IMG/VR virus record: IMGVR_UViG_3300021962_000290
Span: 1 to 36,633 of that record
Direction: 5' to 3' (one strand)
DNA length: 36,633 bases
DNA from: a virus
Taxonomy: Duplodnaviria; Caudoviricetes
Made by a program: the position numbers and the translations under genes. The notes under the pieces are model-generated. The model was not told the DNA's origin, did not search any database, and worked only from the letters and a program-made list of their open reading frames with translations. This document shows, piece by piece, positions 18,382-26,639 of this stretch (position 1 is the stretch's first letter; each line of letters starts with the position of its first letter).

Positions 18382-19224
18382 TTATTCGCGGCAGGTAATG
18401 GCAACAATACCACCAGCGTCGATAGCGATAGCGCCAGCGGAGAACATCGAGGCAACCAACCACGAGGTCTTCTCGGGGATGTAGTTGATCTCGCTACGCA
18501 CAGCCATTGCTTCAGCCATACCGACAGACATCTTGTGGTAAGCGTAGACGGTACGGTCAGAACCAGAGCCGCCGCCAGTCAAACCACCTTCAGTGCGGTC
18601 ACCAATCACGTTGAACGTAAAGCCCATGAACGTGTTGATCTCGCCCTGCACCAGAGCCTTCACGCTGTTGAAGTCGCTGGAGGTCACTTGCGTTTCCGAC
18701 AGCAGGTTCGACAGTTGCGAAGCGTGCATGACAATGTAGCGCTCTTCCATCGGCACGTTGTTAGCGTTCATCAAACGCTGTGCTTCACGGAGTTTAGCCA
18801 TGTTCATGTTGGTCGTAGCACCACCAATGCTGTTAGCCACGGTCAGGGACGTACCCGAACCAGCCAGAGCATCAATGATCATTTGATCGCTACGACGACC
18901 AATAGCCTTGGCAACCACTTGCACCAGTTCTTGGCGCTCGTCAAAGTTGACTTTGGCTTGGTTGAAAATGTCGCTGTATTCAGCAGCAATGTAGTCCGTG
19001 AGAGTCACGGTTGCTTGCGAATAGGTGACGTTCAGCGGGGTCACATCGGTTTGCGGAACGCGAACCTGGGCAACGCCTGAGCCGATCTTGGGGAACTTGT
19101 GGGTAGACGCAGTAACGCCAGTGCGAAGACGGACAGTGTTACGCAGCACAGCATCAGCTTGATATGCCTGCTTAACTTCCGTATCGAACAGGGTTACAAA
19201 TGCGTTAGAAATGCTAACAGCCAT
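18382..19224 (-). CDS. Major capsid protein
   Basis: AFVTLFDTEVKQAYQ, TSSDFNSVKALVQGEINTFMGFTF; AGGAG RBS. Confidence 0.9.
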   Translation of the reverse strand: MAVSISNAFVTLFDTEVKQAYQADAVLRNTVRLRTGVTASTHKFPKIGSGVAQVRVPQTDVTPLNVTYSQATVTLTDYIAAEYSDIFNQAKVNFDERQELVQVVAKAIGRRSDQMIIDALAGSGTSLTVANSIGGATTNMNMAKLREAQRLMNANNVPMEERYIVMHASQLSNLLSETQVTSSDFNSVKALVQGEINTFMGFTFNVIGDRTEGGLTGGGSGSDRTVYAYHKMSVGMAEAMAVRSEINYIPEKTSWLVASMFSAGAIAIDAGGIVAITCRE

Positions 19225-19362
19225 TTGTTTTCTCCTGAAAACGGTTGATAAAGAGTTTTATCGCCGCTGGTTATCCAGATCGCTCCGGGCCGTGACTTGT
19301 GCCTTACAGCGCACCCCTGGGCTGATCACAGCCATCATGGGCCTTTCGGTTGTCCATGGCCC
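19225..19362 (-). promoter_or_regulatory. Structured 5' leader of the capsid gene
   Basis: Tandem hairpins GGGCC/GGCCC, GCTG-TGAT-CAGC, GTGC/GCAC, CTGG-ATAA-CCAG, GATAAA-ACTC-TTTATC. Confidence 0.55.
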
Positions 19363-19363
19363 G

Positions 19364-19390
19364 ATTATAAGCATTTTGTGTACTTGTCAA
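19364..19390 (-). promoter_or_regulatory. Sigma70-type promoter for capsid genes (short spacer)
   Basis: TTGACA-N15-TATAAT with an A-tract upstream. Confidence 0.6.
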
Positions 19391-19407
19391 GCATTTTTTT
19401 TAACATA

Positions 19408-19650
19408 AGTTCCCCAAGGGTGGATAGCCTGGTATCCATTCCCTCTCCCGCAGGGACTATCTCGTAGTCCAGCCAGAGTACCCATGAGGCAGCGATTCAT
19501 CCAGTATGGCGCTTGTCCCACCGCTTTCACCATACCTACCCTAGTCCCTCGCTGACAGGCTAGTCGGAATACTTGGGGGTGTACCAAGTCCGGTGTTTCT
19601 CGGGTTCAGTCCATGCAGACCATCAGCTAACGCGCCCTGACGGTTGTCTA
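19408..19650 (-). ncRNA. Putative structured RNA domain, ~240 nt, pseudoknotted
   Basis: At least six hand-found helices plus a loop CAGCGA/TCGCTG pairing; no credible ORF. Confidence 0.6.
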
Positions 19651-19662
19651 AACTGCTTTGAA

Positions 19663-19823
19663 TTGACCCCTAGACCGCCTCCCTCATTCGGTCACATTTC
19701 GCCTGGTATACGTTCAGGTTAGAGGTACGTTACTTGGTCACTACTTGGGGTTGGCCTCTCCAACTCGAATGCCCTAAGTCACTGTATGCCTACAGTGCTG
19801 TTCATGATTGCTAACAGGGTCAA
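19663..19823 (-). ncRNA. Putative closed multi-stem RNA domain, ~160 nt
   Basis: Closing stem TTGACCC/GGGTCAA, GNRA hairpin CACTGTA-GGCA-TACAGTG, two candidate pseudoknots. Confidence 0.6.
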
Positions 19824-19842
19824 ATCAAAACAGTCTGCATAA

Positions 19843-19940
19843 ACAAAAAAGCCACTTACTACTGCATCCGGGTTGCACCCCCAGTGACCTGGGGCCAGAC
19901 GCATGAGTAAGCGGCTTCATCTGTTGTGTGCAACGACAAC
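19843..19940 (-). ncRNA. C4-antisense-like RNA with upstream complementary target hairpin
   Basis: Long stem AAGCCGCTTACT/AGTAAGTGGCTT plus U-tract; single-stranded GTGCAAC complementary to GTTGCAC in the upstream loop. Confidence 0.6.
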
Positions 19941-19947
19941 GGTTGTG

Positions 19948-19975
19948 ATTATGCCAAAAAAAAGACCCCTGTCAA
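19948..19975 (-). promoter_or_regulatory. Sigma70-type promoter for the RNA cassette
   Basis: TTGACA-N16-CATAAT with TG extended -10. Confidence 0.65.
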
Positions 19976-19984
19976 GCAGGGGTC
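19956..19984 (-). terminator. Intrinsic terminator after scaffold gene
   Basis: GACCCCTG-CTTGA-CAGGGGTC followed by T8. Confidence 0.8.
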
Positions 19985-20005
19985 AAACCCTCATGGCAGT
20001 GCGGG

Positions 20006-20785
20006 TTACCTAGCAGGACCAGGATACATCTTCTCATAGAGCTTTTCAACCTTGGCACGATAGGCAGGATTTGAATAGTATTCAGGTGTTCCAACCATTG
20101 CGTCCAATTCTTCCTTGGATACGCTGCCTTCAGTGTCGGATTTGAGCGTTTCCACAGGAACCCTGCCCTCATAGGTCTGGCGCAGCTTAGAAAGGGCTTT
20201 GATGCCCTTGGCGGTGTCACCCCACTTGGTGAACTCCTGGAACTCCTCCTGGCTCCAGATGCCCTTCTGGACCATGCCACGACCCCAGGTAGCCATGTCA
20301 GCAATCACAGCCTTGGCGTTTGGCCCCAAAGCCTCCAGTTCTGCTTGCATATTGATCTGGGCAGACTCCATGTTTCGTCCGCCGATCTCGTTGACACTAC
20401 GAGCCAGTTCCTCAAAGGCAGACTGAGAGATACCGTACTTCTGTGCCCAACCCACATAAGCACTGACCACCGGGTCATCTGCTTTGAGATTAAGACTTTC
20501 TAACTCATATTTGCCATCTTCAGGGGGTTTATGGCCTCCTGCTCGGAACTTCTTTTCAAGTTCTACATAAGACTTGCTGATTCCCTCCAGATCAGGCTCT
20601 GCGCTCTCTTTGTTCCAGAACTTCTCAGGCCAGAAATCGGGGCGCTCTAGGGGGCCATCATCAGCATTAGGATCAGGATTGGTGTGACTGATGCTTTGCT
20701 CATGGCCCTCGGTTGTCTGCCCTTCTGCATCGCCTTCAGCGGCGGCTGCTTCCAGCAGGCCAGGGTTGTCATTTGCTTCGCTCAT
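20006..20785 (-). CDS. Capsid scaffolding protein
   Basis: Acidic; RPDFWPEKFW, SYVELEKK, C-terminal YYSNPAYRAKVEK. Confidence 0.8.
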   Translation of the reverse strand: MSEANDNPGLLEAAAAEGDAEGQTTEGHEQSISHTNPDPNADDGPLERPDFWPEKFWNKESAEPDLEGISKSYVELEKKFRAGGHKPPEDGKYELESLNLKADDPVVSAYVGWAQKYGISQSAFEELARSVNEIGGRNMESAQINMQAELEALGPNAKAVIADMATWGRGMVQKGIWSQEEFQEFTKWGDTAKGIKALSKLRQTYEGRVPVETLKSDTEGSVSKEELDAMVGTPEYYSNPAYRAKVEKLYEKMYPGPAR

Positions 20786-21036
20786 TTAAGTTTTGCCTTT
20801 CGCATTCGTGTTTCAATATCGCGGATCACACTGTTTTGTCCCTCTCGGAACACACCCAGTGACGTATCCGCACCAGGCTCCCAACATGGCTGCTCCAAAT
20901 AGAAGTCACGCATCCATGCTAGAACTTTTTTACCTTCATCTGTGCTGAAAGTTCTTGCGAACATCAGATTCAGGTCAACACCTTTTTGATCAGGCTCAAA
21001 CTCCTCTGAGCCTTCCAAGTCATCCCATCCTGCCAT
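20782..21036 (-). CDS. Bbp19-like head protein
   Basis: FSTDEGKKVLAWM...FREGQNSVIRDI; between portal and scaffold. Confidence 0.75.
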   Translation of the reverse strand: MAGWDDLEGSEEFEPDQKGVDLNLMFARTFSTDEGKKVLAWMRDFYLEQPCWEPGADTSLGVFREGQNSVIRDIETRMRKAKLK

Positions 21037-22599
21037 TTACATGGCCCCCTCTAATGCTGGCGCTCCTGCTGCTGGAGCCTGCGCCTGTTGAGCCTGCAAA
21101 GCCAGTTGTTGCATCTGCTGCATCATCTGGGCACGCTCCTCTGGGCTAGTCCTGATCTGTGCAGGAATACCCAACTTGTCAGCGATATAGTCAGCCACGC
21201 TACCCATCTTGACAGCCATCTGACCTTCCGGTCCAAGACCTTGAGCAATCTGCATGAACTGGATAATGTTCTGCACCTCATCCATGTTCTGGGCCATAGC
21301 CAGGGGACTGACAGGACTCACCTTAACGTCCAGTCCGTTGATCCGCAAAGGCAGGTCAATCAGGCCACGCTCGTCCATAATCTCCAAAACCTTGGTCACC
21401 ATCGGGATCATGGTTTCGTTGATCAGACGACCAAAGGCTGAACCCAGATTCTGGGACAGTTCTTTCATGCGTTCGACCACCTCAGTAGCTGATCTGGCGC
21501 TCATGTTGTCAGGAGGCAAGCTCTCGTCCAACAAGGTACGCTTGATGCTCTGGATCAGGTCGTTGATGATAATCTGCGTGACGTTGAAGTCACCCGCACG
21601 AGGCAAAGGCTTGATCGCATCCCCTTGAGGGCCACCGTTACGAGCCACCGGGATGATTGCACCAGGCGTGATCTTGACGTTGGCAGGGTTTAGAACACCG
21701 TCATCAGCCGCTGTGTACACGCCAGTGATAGCCAGTGAAGCATTCTTCAGCAGCAGTTCCTTGGTCTTGTTCAGCGTCTTGATGTCAGGCAGTGCGGTCA
21801 GCACCGGGCCACGACCATAAATTTCACCAGCCACCTTCATGTACCGAGAAACCACCCAAGGAGAAGTCTTCATCTTCTTCTTGACCAGCATGGTCTTGGT
21901 CTTCTCGTGAACAACGTAGTAGGTGTAGTCACCCCTGTCGATGTTCATTACAGTGGCTTCAAGCAGGTCAACTTCCTCAGTCGGCTTGTCAGCAATCTGA
22001 TCCTGGACTTCTTTGGGAATCTTGGCTTCAGGCCACTGCAACTGAATAGACTCGCCCTTTAGACGCATCTTGCGGTAGACGTTATCCACCTGACCGTTTG
22101 CACCTTCCTCGAAACTGACAAGGTACTGCGGAACCGGGATAAAGTTGATTGGGCTGACTGCATCTCCAGACTGAACCAGCATTACGGCAGTACCAACAGA
22201 CAAGTCCAGCAAGAACTCGCCCATCGCAATGTCAAAGTTGGATTGCTTCAGCACAGCGAACATCTTGTCGTTGTAGACATCCAATGCTCGTTGCAGTTCA
22301 GATCGACGGTTCGGAGGAATGTCCGTACCAGACTCCAGACGACACCACTTTCGTTGGGGCGGGAAGATGCCTGATTGCAGACGGTTGGCAAAGCGTTGCG
22401 TCGAGTTGATGGCAGTCGAGTCAAAGACTCGCGTCATCTTCTTTTTGCCACCAACCTTGCCCTCGTACTCGCCACCATAGAGGTTACGTTGCGGCAGAGC
22501 GAACTCCATCGCATCCTCGTACAGAGAACGGAAGTCCTCTTTCTTGTTCTGAGCGATTTTCTGTCGCTTGAGAAGCTGCTCAACAGTTAAATCAGCCAT
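21037..22599 (-). CDS. Portal (head-tail connector)
   Basis: FDSTAI, GEIYGRGP, SATEVVER motifs; ATG at 22599. Confidence 0.92.
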   Translation of the reverse strand: MADLTVEQLLKRQKIAQNKKEDFRSLYEDAMEFALPQRNLYGGEYEGKVGGKKKMTRVFDSTAINSTQRFANRLQSGIFPPQRKWCRLESGTDIPPNRRSELQRALDVYNDKMFAVLKQSNFDIAMGEFLLDLSVGTAVMLVQSGDAVSPINFIPVPQYLVSFEEGANGQVDNVYRKMRLKGESIQLQWPEAKIPKEVQDQIADKPTEEVDLLEATVMNIDRGDYTYYVVHEKTKTMLVKKKMKTSPWVVSRYMKVAGEIYGRGPVLTALPDIKTLNKTKELLLKNASLAITGVYTAADDGVLNPANVKITPGAIIPVARNGGPQGDAIKPLPRAGDFNVTQIIINDLIQSIKRTLLDESLPPDNMSARSATEVVERMKELSQNLGSAFGRLINETMIPMVTKVLEIMDERGLIDLPLRINGLDVKVSPVSPLAMAQNMDEVQNIIQFMQIAQGLGPEGQMAVKMGSVADYIADKLGIPAQIRTSPEERAQMMQQMQQLALQAQQAQAPAAGAPALEGAM

Positions 22600-22600
22600 A

Positions 22601-23071
22601 TCAATCCTTATCTTCCATCTTGTCGGTAATCGGTCCACCAACTAACCACGCATCACACGTTCTAGTCCCGGCACATTTGAAGTGGAACAGTTCGCAGAAT
22701 CCTAGTTGTGCAGTCTCAATGACATCCTCGTCGTAGCCAGACTCCTCAGCAGGATTCTTGGCCTCGATGCCGTTCTTGATGCACTCCAACATGAACTCGG
22801 TCTGAATAAAAGCAGCGCAGTTTCCGCACCGCATACCCTTGGCTTCATCCAGATTCGTTGCCCAGATCGCAGTCTTACGCAACCAAAAGTCTTCGTTGTT
22901 ATTCTCGTCGTTGGGATTGGCAGGACCATATCCAACATTCTTGAATGCCCAATTTCTGTTCTTCAGATTGGTCAAAATGTCACGAGTAGCCAATGGACAC
23001 TGGTATTCACCTTCTCCATTGACCTCTTGTTCAATCGCTATGATTAGACTTGTAGCCATTATTCGTACCAC
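22601..23071 (-). CDS. Cys-rich conserved phage protein, HiPIP-like Cys spacing
   Basis: RCGNCAAF...GFCELFHFKCAGTRTCDAW. Confidence 0.7.
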   Translation of the reverse strand: MVRIMATSLIIAIEQEVNGEGEYQCPLATRDILTNLKNRNWAFKNVGYGPANPNDENNNEDFWLRKTAIWATNLDEAKGMRCGNCAAFIQTEFMLECIKNGIEAKNPAEESGYDEDVIETAQLGFCELFHFKCAGTRTCDAWLVGGPITDKMEDKD

Positions 23072-23652
23072 TCCAAGGTCATAAATGCGGCATGGTCTGT
23101 ACCGTTGACGTTGGTCATGCGGAACAGGTAATTGGTCAATGGCTTCAGGACGTATTCCAAGGCAGAGGCAGTTCCACCGCCAGCTTTCTTGCCAACGCCA
23201 CCAGGCACGATCTGCCCATCAAGCATTGTTCCGACAGAGGTCACGGTTGGATTGATAACCATTGCAACTTGGCTAGGATTGCTGACAGCGTAATTGCGGT
23301 TTCTGTTGATTGGCGTGAATAGCGTTCCACCACTGGTGGCTGTGCCTTCATACACATAGAATTCCGCATCACCTTGGCAAAATACTTCAGGCGAAACGTG
23401 CGGAATTACGCCTGCTGGCGCTGCCATTACGATGTCGATGCTGGCTGCGTTGGGCAACTTTGCACTGACAGGATATATCTTGAAAGCAAAGAATGCCCGA
23501 CCATCATGGTTTCGCTGATGGTTGACATCGACGGTTATGACAGGAGCGTCTGCCCCTGAAACCACGTTTGTTCCAGCGTTGTTCTTGTGAGTCAGCGCAA
23601 CGAACTGCGCTGATGTATCTTCTGACTCACGATCAATCAGGATGACTGCCAT
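23059..23652 (-). CDS. Hypothetical beta-rich protein
   Basis: 197 aa ORF with GGAGG RBS. Confidence 0.7.
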   Translation of the reverse strand: MAVILIDRESEDTSAQFVALTHKNNAGTNVVSGADAPVITVDVNHQRNHDGRAFFAFKIYPVSAKLPNAASIDIVMAAPAGVIPHVSPEVFCQGDAEFYVYEGTATSGGTLFTPINRNRNYAVSNPSQVAMVINPTVTSVGTMLDGQIVPGGVGKKAGGGTASALEYVLKPLTNYLFRMTNVNGTDHAAFMTLEWYE

Positions 23653-23667
23653 GATTGGCCTCCATCC

Positions 23668-23835
23668 TTATTTCTTGGCGGCAGCTTTGCGGCCTTCGCT
23701 CATTGCGATAGCAGTGGCTTGCGCCTGGCTCTTGACGACAGGACCACCTTTGCCAGAGTGCAACGTTCCCGCCTTCCACTCACGCATGACCTTGCCGACT
23801 TTCGCCTGCATCTTGGCTTTTTTACTGTCTTCCAT
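23668..23835 (-). CDS. Small basic DUF6496-like protein (55 aa, missing from ORF track)
   Basis: MEDSKKAKMQAKVGKVMREWKAGTLHSGKGGPVVKSQAQATAIAMSEGRKAAAKK. Confidence 0.75.
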   Translation of the reverse strand: MEDSKKAKMQAKVGKVMREWKAGTLHSGKGGPVVKSQAQATAIAMSEGRKAAAKK

Positions 23836-23840
23836 GATGA

Positions 23841-24080
23841 TCAACCGCCGCCGAGTTTGGTCGTCGTGGTAATGCCAGAGGCAGCATCTTCACGCTCGGT
23901 AGACAACAACTGAGCCAGGCCACCGCGACGACGAGCCATCATGCTGGATTGTGCTTTTTGGGCAGCTTCAGTCTTTTGTGCGTTCAGTTCAGCCTCTTGC
24001 TTTGCAATTTGCTCTTGCTGTTGACGGATACGCTCGGAAGCACCGCCATCTCCACCACCACCACCAAAAAGTCCACCCAT
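23841..24080 (-). CDS. Small virion assembly protein (pre-portal)
   Basis: MGGLFGGG...RRRGG...LL...KLGG pattern; AGGAG RBS. Confidence 0.65.
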   Translation of the reverse strand: MGGLFGGGGGDGGASERIRQQQEQIAKQEAELNAQKTEAAQKAQSSMMARRRGGLAQLLSTEREDAASGITTTTKLGGG

Positions 24081-24082
24081 GT

Positions 24083-24565
24083 TCAACTCCTAGCCATAAT
24101 GAAAAAATCTGCCTTGTCAGGACCGTACTTTTCCATACGACCCTCGATGTGGAAACCTATGGCTTTGCCCCACTTGACAGCACGTTCGTCCTCGCATCTT
24201 ACGACTATTTGCAGTCGATGCAAGTTTCCTGCTTTCATTCTGAAATCACGGTACACAATTGCTGCTTTTGTCATAGAAAGTGCGAACTTTCTACCTCTTT
24301 CTTCCGTAATCATCCACAATTCTTCGACTCCGTTCCATATCTTGACGGAGCCGCAGCAGCCCACTGGACGACCATGTAATATCGCAGTGATAGCATCGCC
24401 TTTGGCTGCTTGAAACGCCAGCATATCCATGATTGGCACAGCGCGGGACAGGTGTTGGAAGTTCTGTGCCTCGATTTTCAGGACAGCGGCATGGCCTAAC
24501 TGGAAGGGAACCCAGATCAGACCGTCGAACTTGGGTAGCAGGCTGAACAGATCAGGAGAAGACAT
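24083..24565 (-). CDS. GNAT-fold protein (T7 gp13-like)
   Basis: GVEELWMI...LHRLQIVV...AIGFHIEGRMEKYG. Confidence 0.7.
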   Translation of the reverse strand: MSSPDLFSLLPKFDGLIWVPFQLGHAAVLKIEAQNFQHLSRAVPIMDMLAFQAAKGDAITAILHGRPVGCCGSVKIWNGVEELWMITEERGRKFALSMTKAAIVYRDFRMKAGNLHRLQIVVRCEDERAVKWGKAIGFHIEGRMEKYGPDKADFFIMARS

Positions 24566-26084
24566 CGAAATCGGTGTTTGTCAGGGTCTGTGCGACGAAC
24601 GAACTGCTCTTTTGAGCGATTGATCCACGAGTTAGCTGACGATATTCACCGCCCCCGGTCATTAGGTAGCCAAAAGCGTCACCAACGTGGGAGTGTTCGT
24701 TCTTGTTCGGGGTATCTCGGAAGCGTTCCTGGCCTGCACCGACTGCAATACGCTTGAAGTGGTAGCCACCAGAGAGGGATTTCCGCAATAACTTGCAGGA
24801 TTTGTTGACCAACAGACCCGGTTTGCCCTGAACCATGCGGTTCATAGGACTAGCCGCGGCTTCCCGACGAGCCTTGAAGTCGTTGGTTGCCGTAGGTTCT
24901 GCTCTCAGACCAAGAGAGCGCAGGTATTCAAAGGCAGTTGTCTCGTAAATGGCATCTCTTTGCATACCAGCGGGGTCACCCCAGATGCGAACTTCGTACT
25001 TGGGGAACCTAGTTTGCAGTTCAGCAGTCAGTGTCTGCCCGAATCGCTCCAAACCCATGTCAAAGGTTACAATTTCATGCAGGACACGCCACTGTCCAGA
25101 GGGCATTCTTTGCCCAAAAACAGCAGCAGGTGTCAAACCAAAGTCCAGTCCAACCTGGATCGGGAAGTTCGGATCAGGCTCGATGTCGGTAGACATGATG
25201 TTGTCGTCGTACTCAGGCCAGACTGGTTTGCCATCTTGCACAAAGGTGTATTTGCCCTCGGCATAGCACCGAATCCAGTCCAGAGTCTTGCCAGCCAACT
25301 GCTGGAGATAGTAGCCAGGCGGGAGGTTCTTGATGTTCTCAGCCTTGGGATTGATCTTCCACCATTTGCCAGACGCAAAGATGTGGTCATTGGCTTCAGG
25401 ATTCTCTGGTAGTTGGTCAGATGGAACTTCGATCACACCGCCTGGTTGCTTAAAGAACTTCCAGGCGTACTTGCCCGTGATGGGTTCTTTCTCTGCCAGA
25501 CGATGCCACCAGTGGTCGTCGTCCATTGGGTTGGTGTCCATCCAGATGCCATGCCATGTAGCACCGCCATCTCGCTTGGTTGGGTAGCGACCAACACGAT
25601 GGGTCAGTCCATCAATGACTGCTTTGGGTAGTTCTTTGGCTTCGTTGACCCACGCTCCAGTAAGTTCCAGGGAGAGCAACTTGCGGACATCTTTAGGCTG
25701 GTCAAGAGCCAAAAATATAACCTCGCAATCAATCCCTGCCGCATCACCTCTGGGTGGTAATTTAATGTGATGCGTAATTGGTGGTGTATGGAGGATAGGT
25801 CCATAAATGTTCTCCGGGAACAGGTCTGCCCAAGTCTTCAGTGTTGTGGTTTTCAGTTCGGGGTAGCTGTTACGCACAATCACAAAGCGTGTGTACCGGA
25901 TGCCATCTACTGGAGATGGTTTTTGTTGGACAGCGCGGATCATTATCTTGGCGGCACAGACGTATGACTTACCGCTACCGACTGGCCCCATCAGACCAGT
26001 AACGAATGCTTTGTCTTGCAGGAATTTGAAAGCAGTCGGGCTAGACCGTAGATCAATGTTAATACCTGCGACCTGATCGCTCAT
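24552..26084 (-). CDS. terL: Terminase large subunit
   Basis: Walker A GPVGSGKS, Walker B AWVNE, nuclease GLDFGLTPA, SHVGDA. Confidence 0.95.
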   Translation of the reverse strand: MSDQVAGINIDLRSSPTAFKFLQDKAFVTGLMGPVGSGKSYVCAAKIMIRAVQQKPSPVDGIRYTRFVIVRNSYPELKTTTLKTWADLFPENIYGPILHTPPITHHIKLPPRGDAAGIDCEVIFLALDQPKDVRKLLSLELTGAWVNEAKELPKAVIDGLTHRVGRYPTKRDGGATWHGIWMDTNPMDDDHWWHRLAEKEPITGKYAWKFFKQPGGVIEVPSDQLPENPEANDHIFASGKWWKINPKAENIKNLPPGYYLQQLAGKTLDWIRCYAEGKYTFVQDGKPVWPEYDDNIMSTDIEPDPNFPIQVGLDFGLTPAAVFGQRMPSGQWRVLHEIVTFDMGLERFGQTLTAELQTRFPKYEVRIWGDPAGMQRDAIYETTAFEYLRSLGLRAEPTATNDFKARREAAASPMNRMVQGKPGLLVNKSCKLLRKSLSGGYHFKRIAVGAGQERFRDTPNKNEHSHVGDAFGYLMTGGGEYRQLTRGSIAQKSSSFVAQTLTNTDFDVFS

Positions 26085-26202
26085 TTCGTTTGTCTCTTTC
26101 TTCTAGTCGATAGGCTTCTTGCATATGCTCTGCCATGCCTTTGAGCAGCAAAAAGAAGATCACTACCACAATGCACAGAGGCAGCATGATCCAGAACGTC
26201 AT
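26059..26202 (-). CDS. 47-aa single-TM protein (missing from ORF track)
   Basis: MTFWIMLPLCIVVVIFFLLLKG...; ATGA overlap with terS stop. Confidence 0.55.
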   Translation of the reverse strand: MTFWIMLPLCIVVVIFFLLLKGMAEHMQEAYRLEERDKRNERSGRRY

Positions 26203-26639
26203 TCTCTGGCTTCTACATCTTGGACATCAGGACCATGAATGTTCACGCCAATGACGCTAGGCTTCTGTCCGTCATCAGGAGTGTCCAGCAAACCAGATGC
26301 CTTTGCCAGAATCCTCAAGACTTGCACCTTGTCGAACAACTCGATGTCAATGACAGCGTTGCCCTCTTTGTCCACACGCTGGCTGATCTTCTTGATGGAT
26401 TGCAGTGCGTGTTCAGGAATCTTGGAACTGGCCTTTACCCTGACATTGCCAGAGTCATCCCACTCCATGATGTCAGTGATCTTGGTGTTTGCCATTGTCA
26501 GCAGGCTATAAGCAACAGCCTCCCGGTTGGCAACAATGGTCTGGCTGCGCTCGATGCGCTGAACGACATTACGAACCCCACCCCATCCTTTTACAGAGGG
26601 GTAGGAACCGTTGCTTTTCTTTTCAACCTTCTCGGTCAT
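26199..26639 (-). CDS. terS: Terminase small subunit
   Basis: IELFDKVQVLRILAK motif; upstream of terL. Confidence 0.7.
   Translation of the reverse strand: MTEKVEKKSNGSYPSVKGWGGVRNVVQRIERSQTIVANREAVAYSLLTMANTKITDIMEWDDSGNVRVKASSKIPEHALQSIKKISQRVDKEGNAVIDIELFDKVQVLRILAKASGLLDTPDDGQKPSVIGVNIHGPDVQDVEARE

Noticed and set aside
14720-19080. Long plus-strand ORFs (14720..15370, 16183..16887, 18274..19080)
   Set aside because: Antisense shadows of well-supported structural genes
19387-19587. 66-aa ORF in the scaffold-capsid gap
   Set aside because: TTG start without a convincing RBS, atypical composition, and it runs through stable hairpins into the capsid promoter
19440-19830. Group I intron or HEARO/omega-RNA identity for the RNA cassette
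   Set aside because: GATAGTCC is just a hairpin arm, no P7 core is recognisable, no gene is interrupted and no IscB/HNH ORF is adjacent; not formally excluded without cmscan
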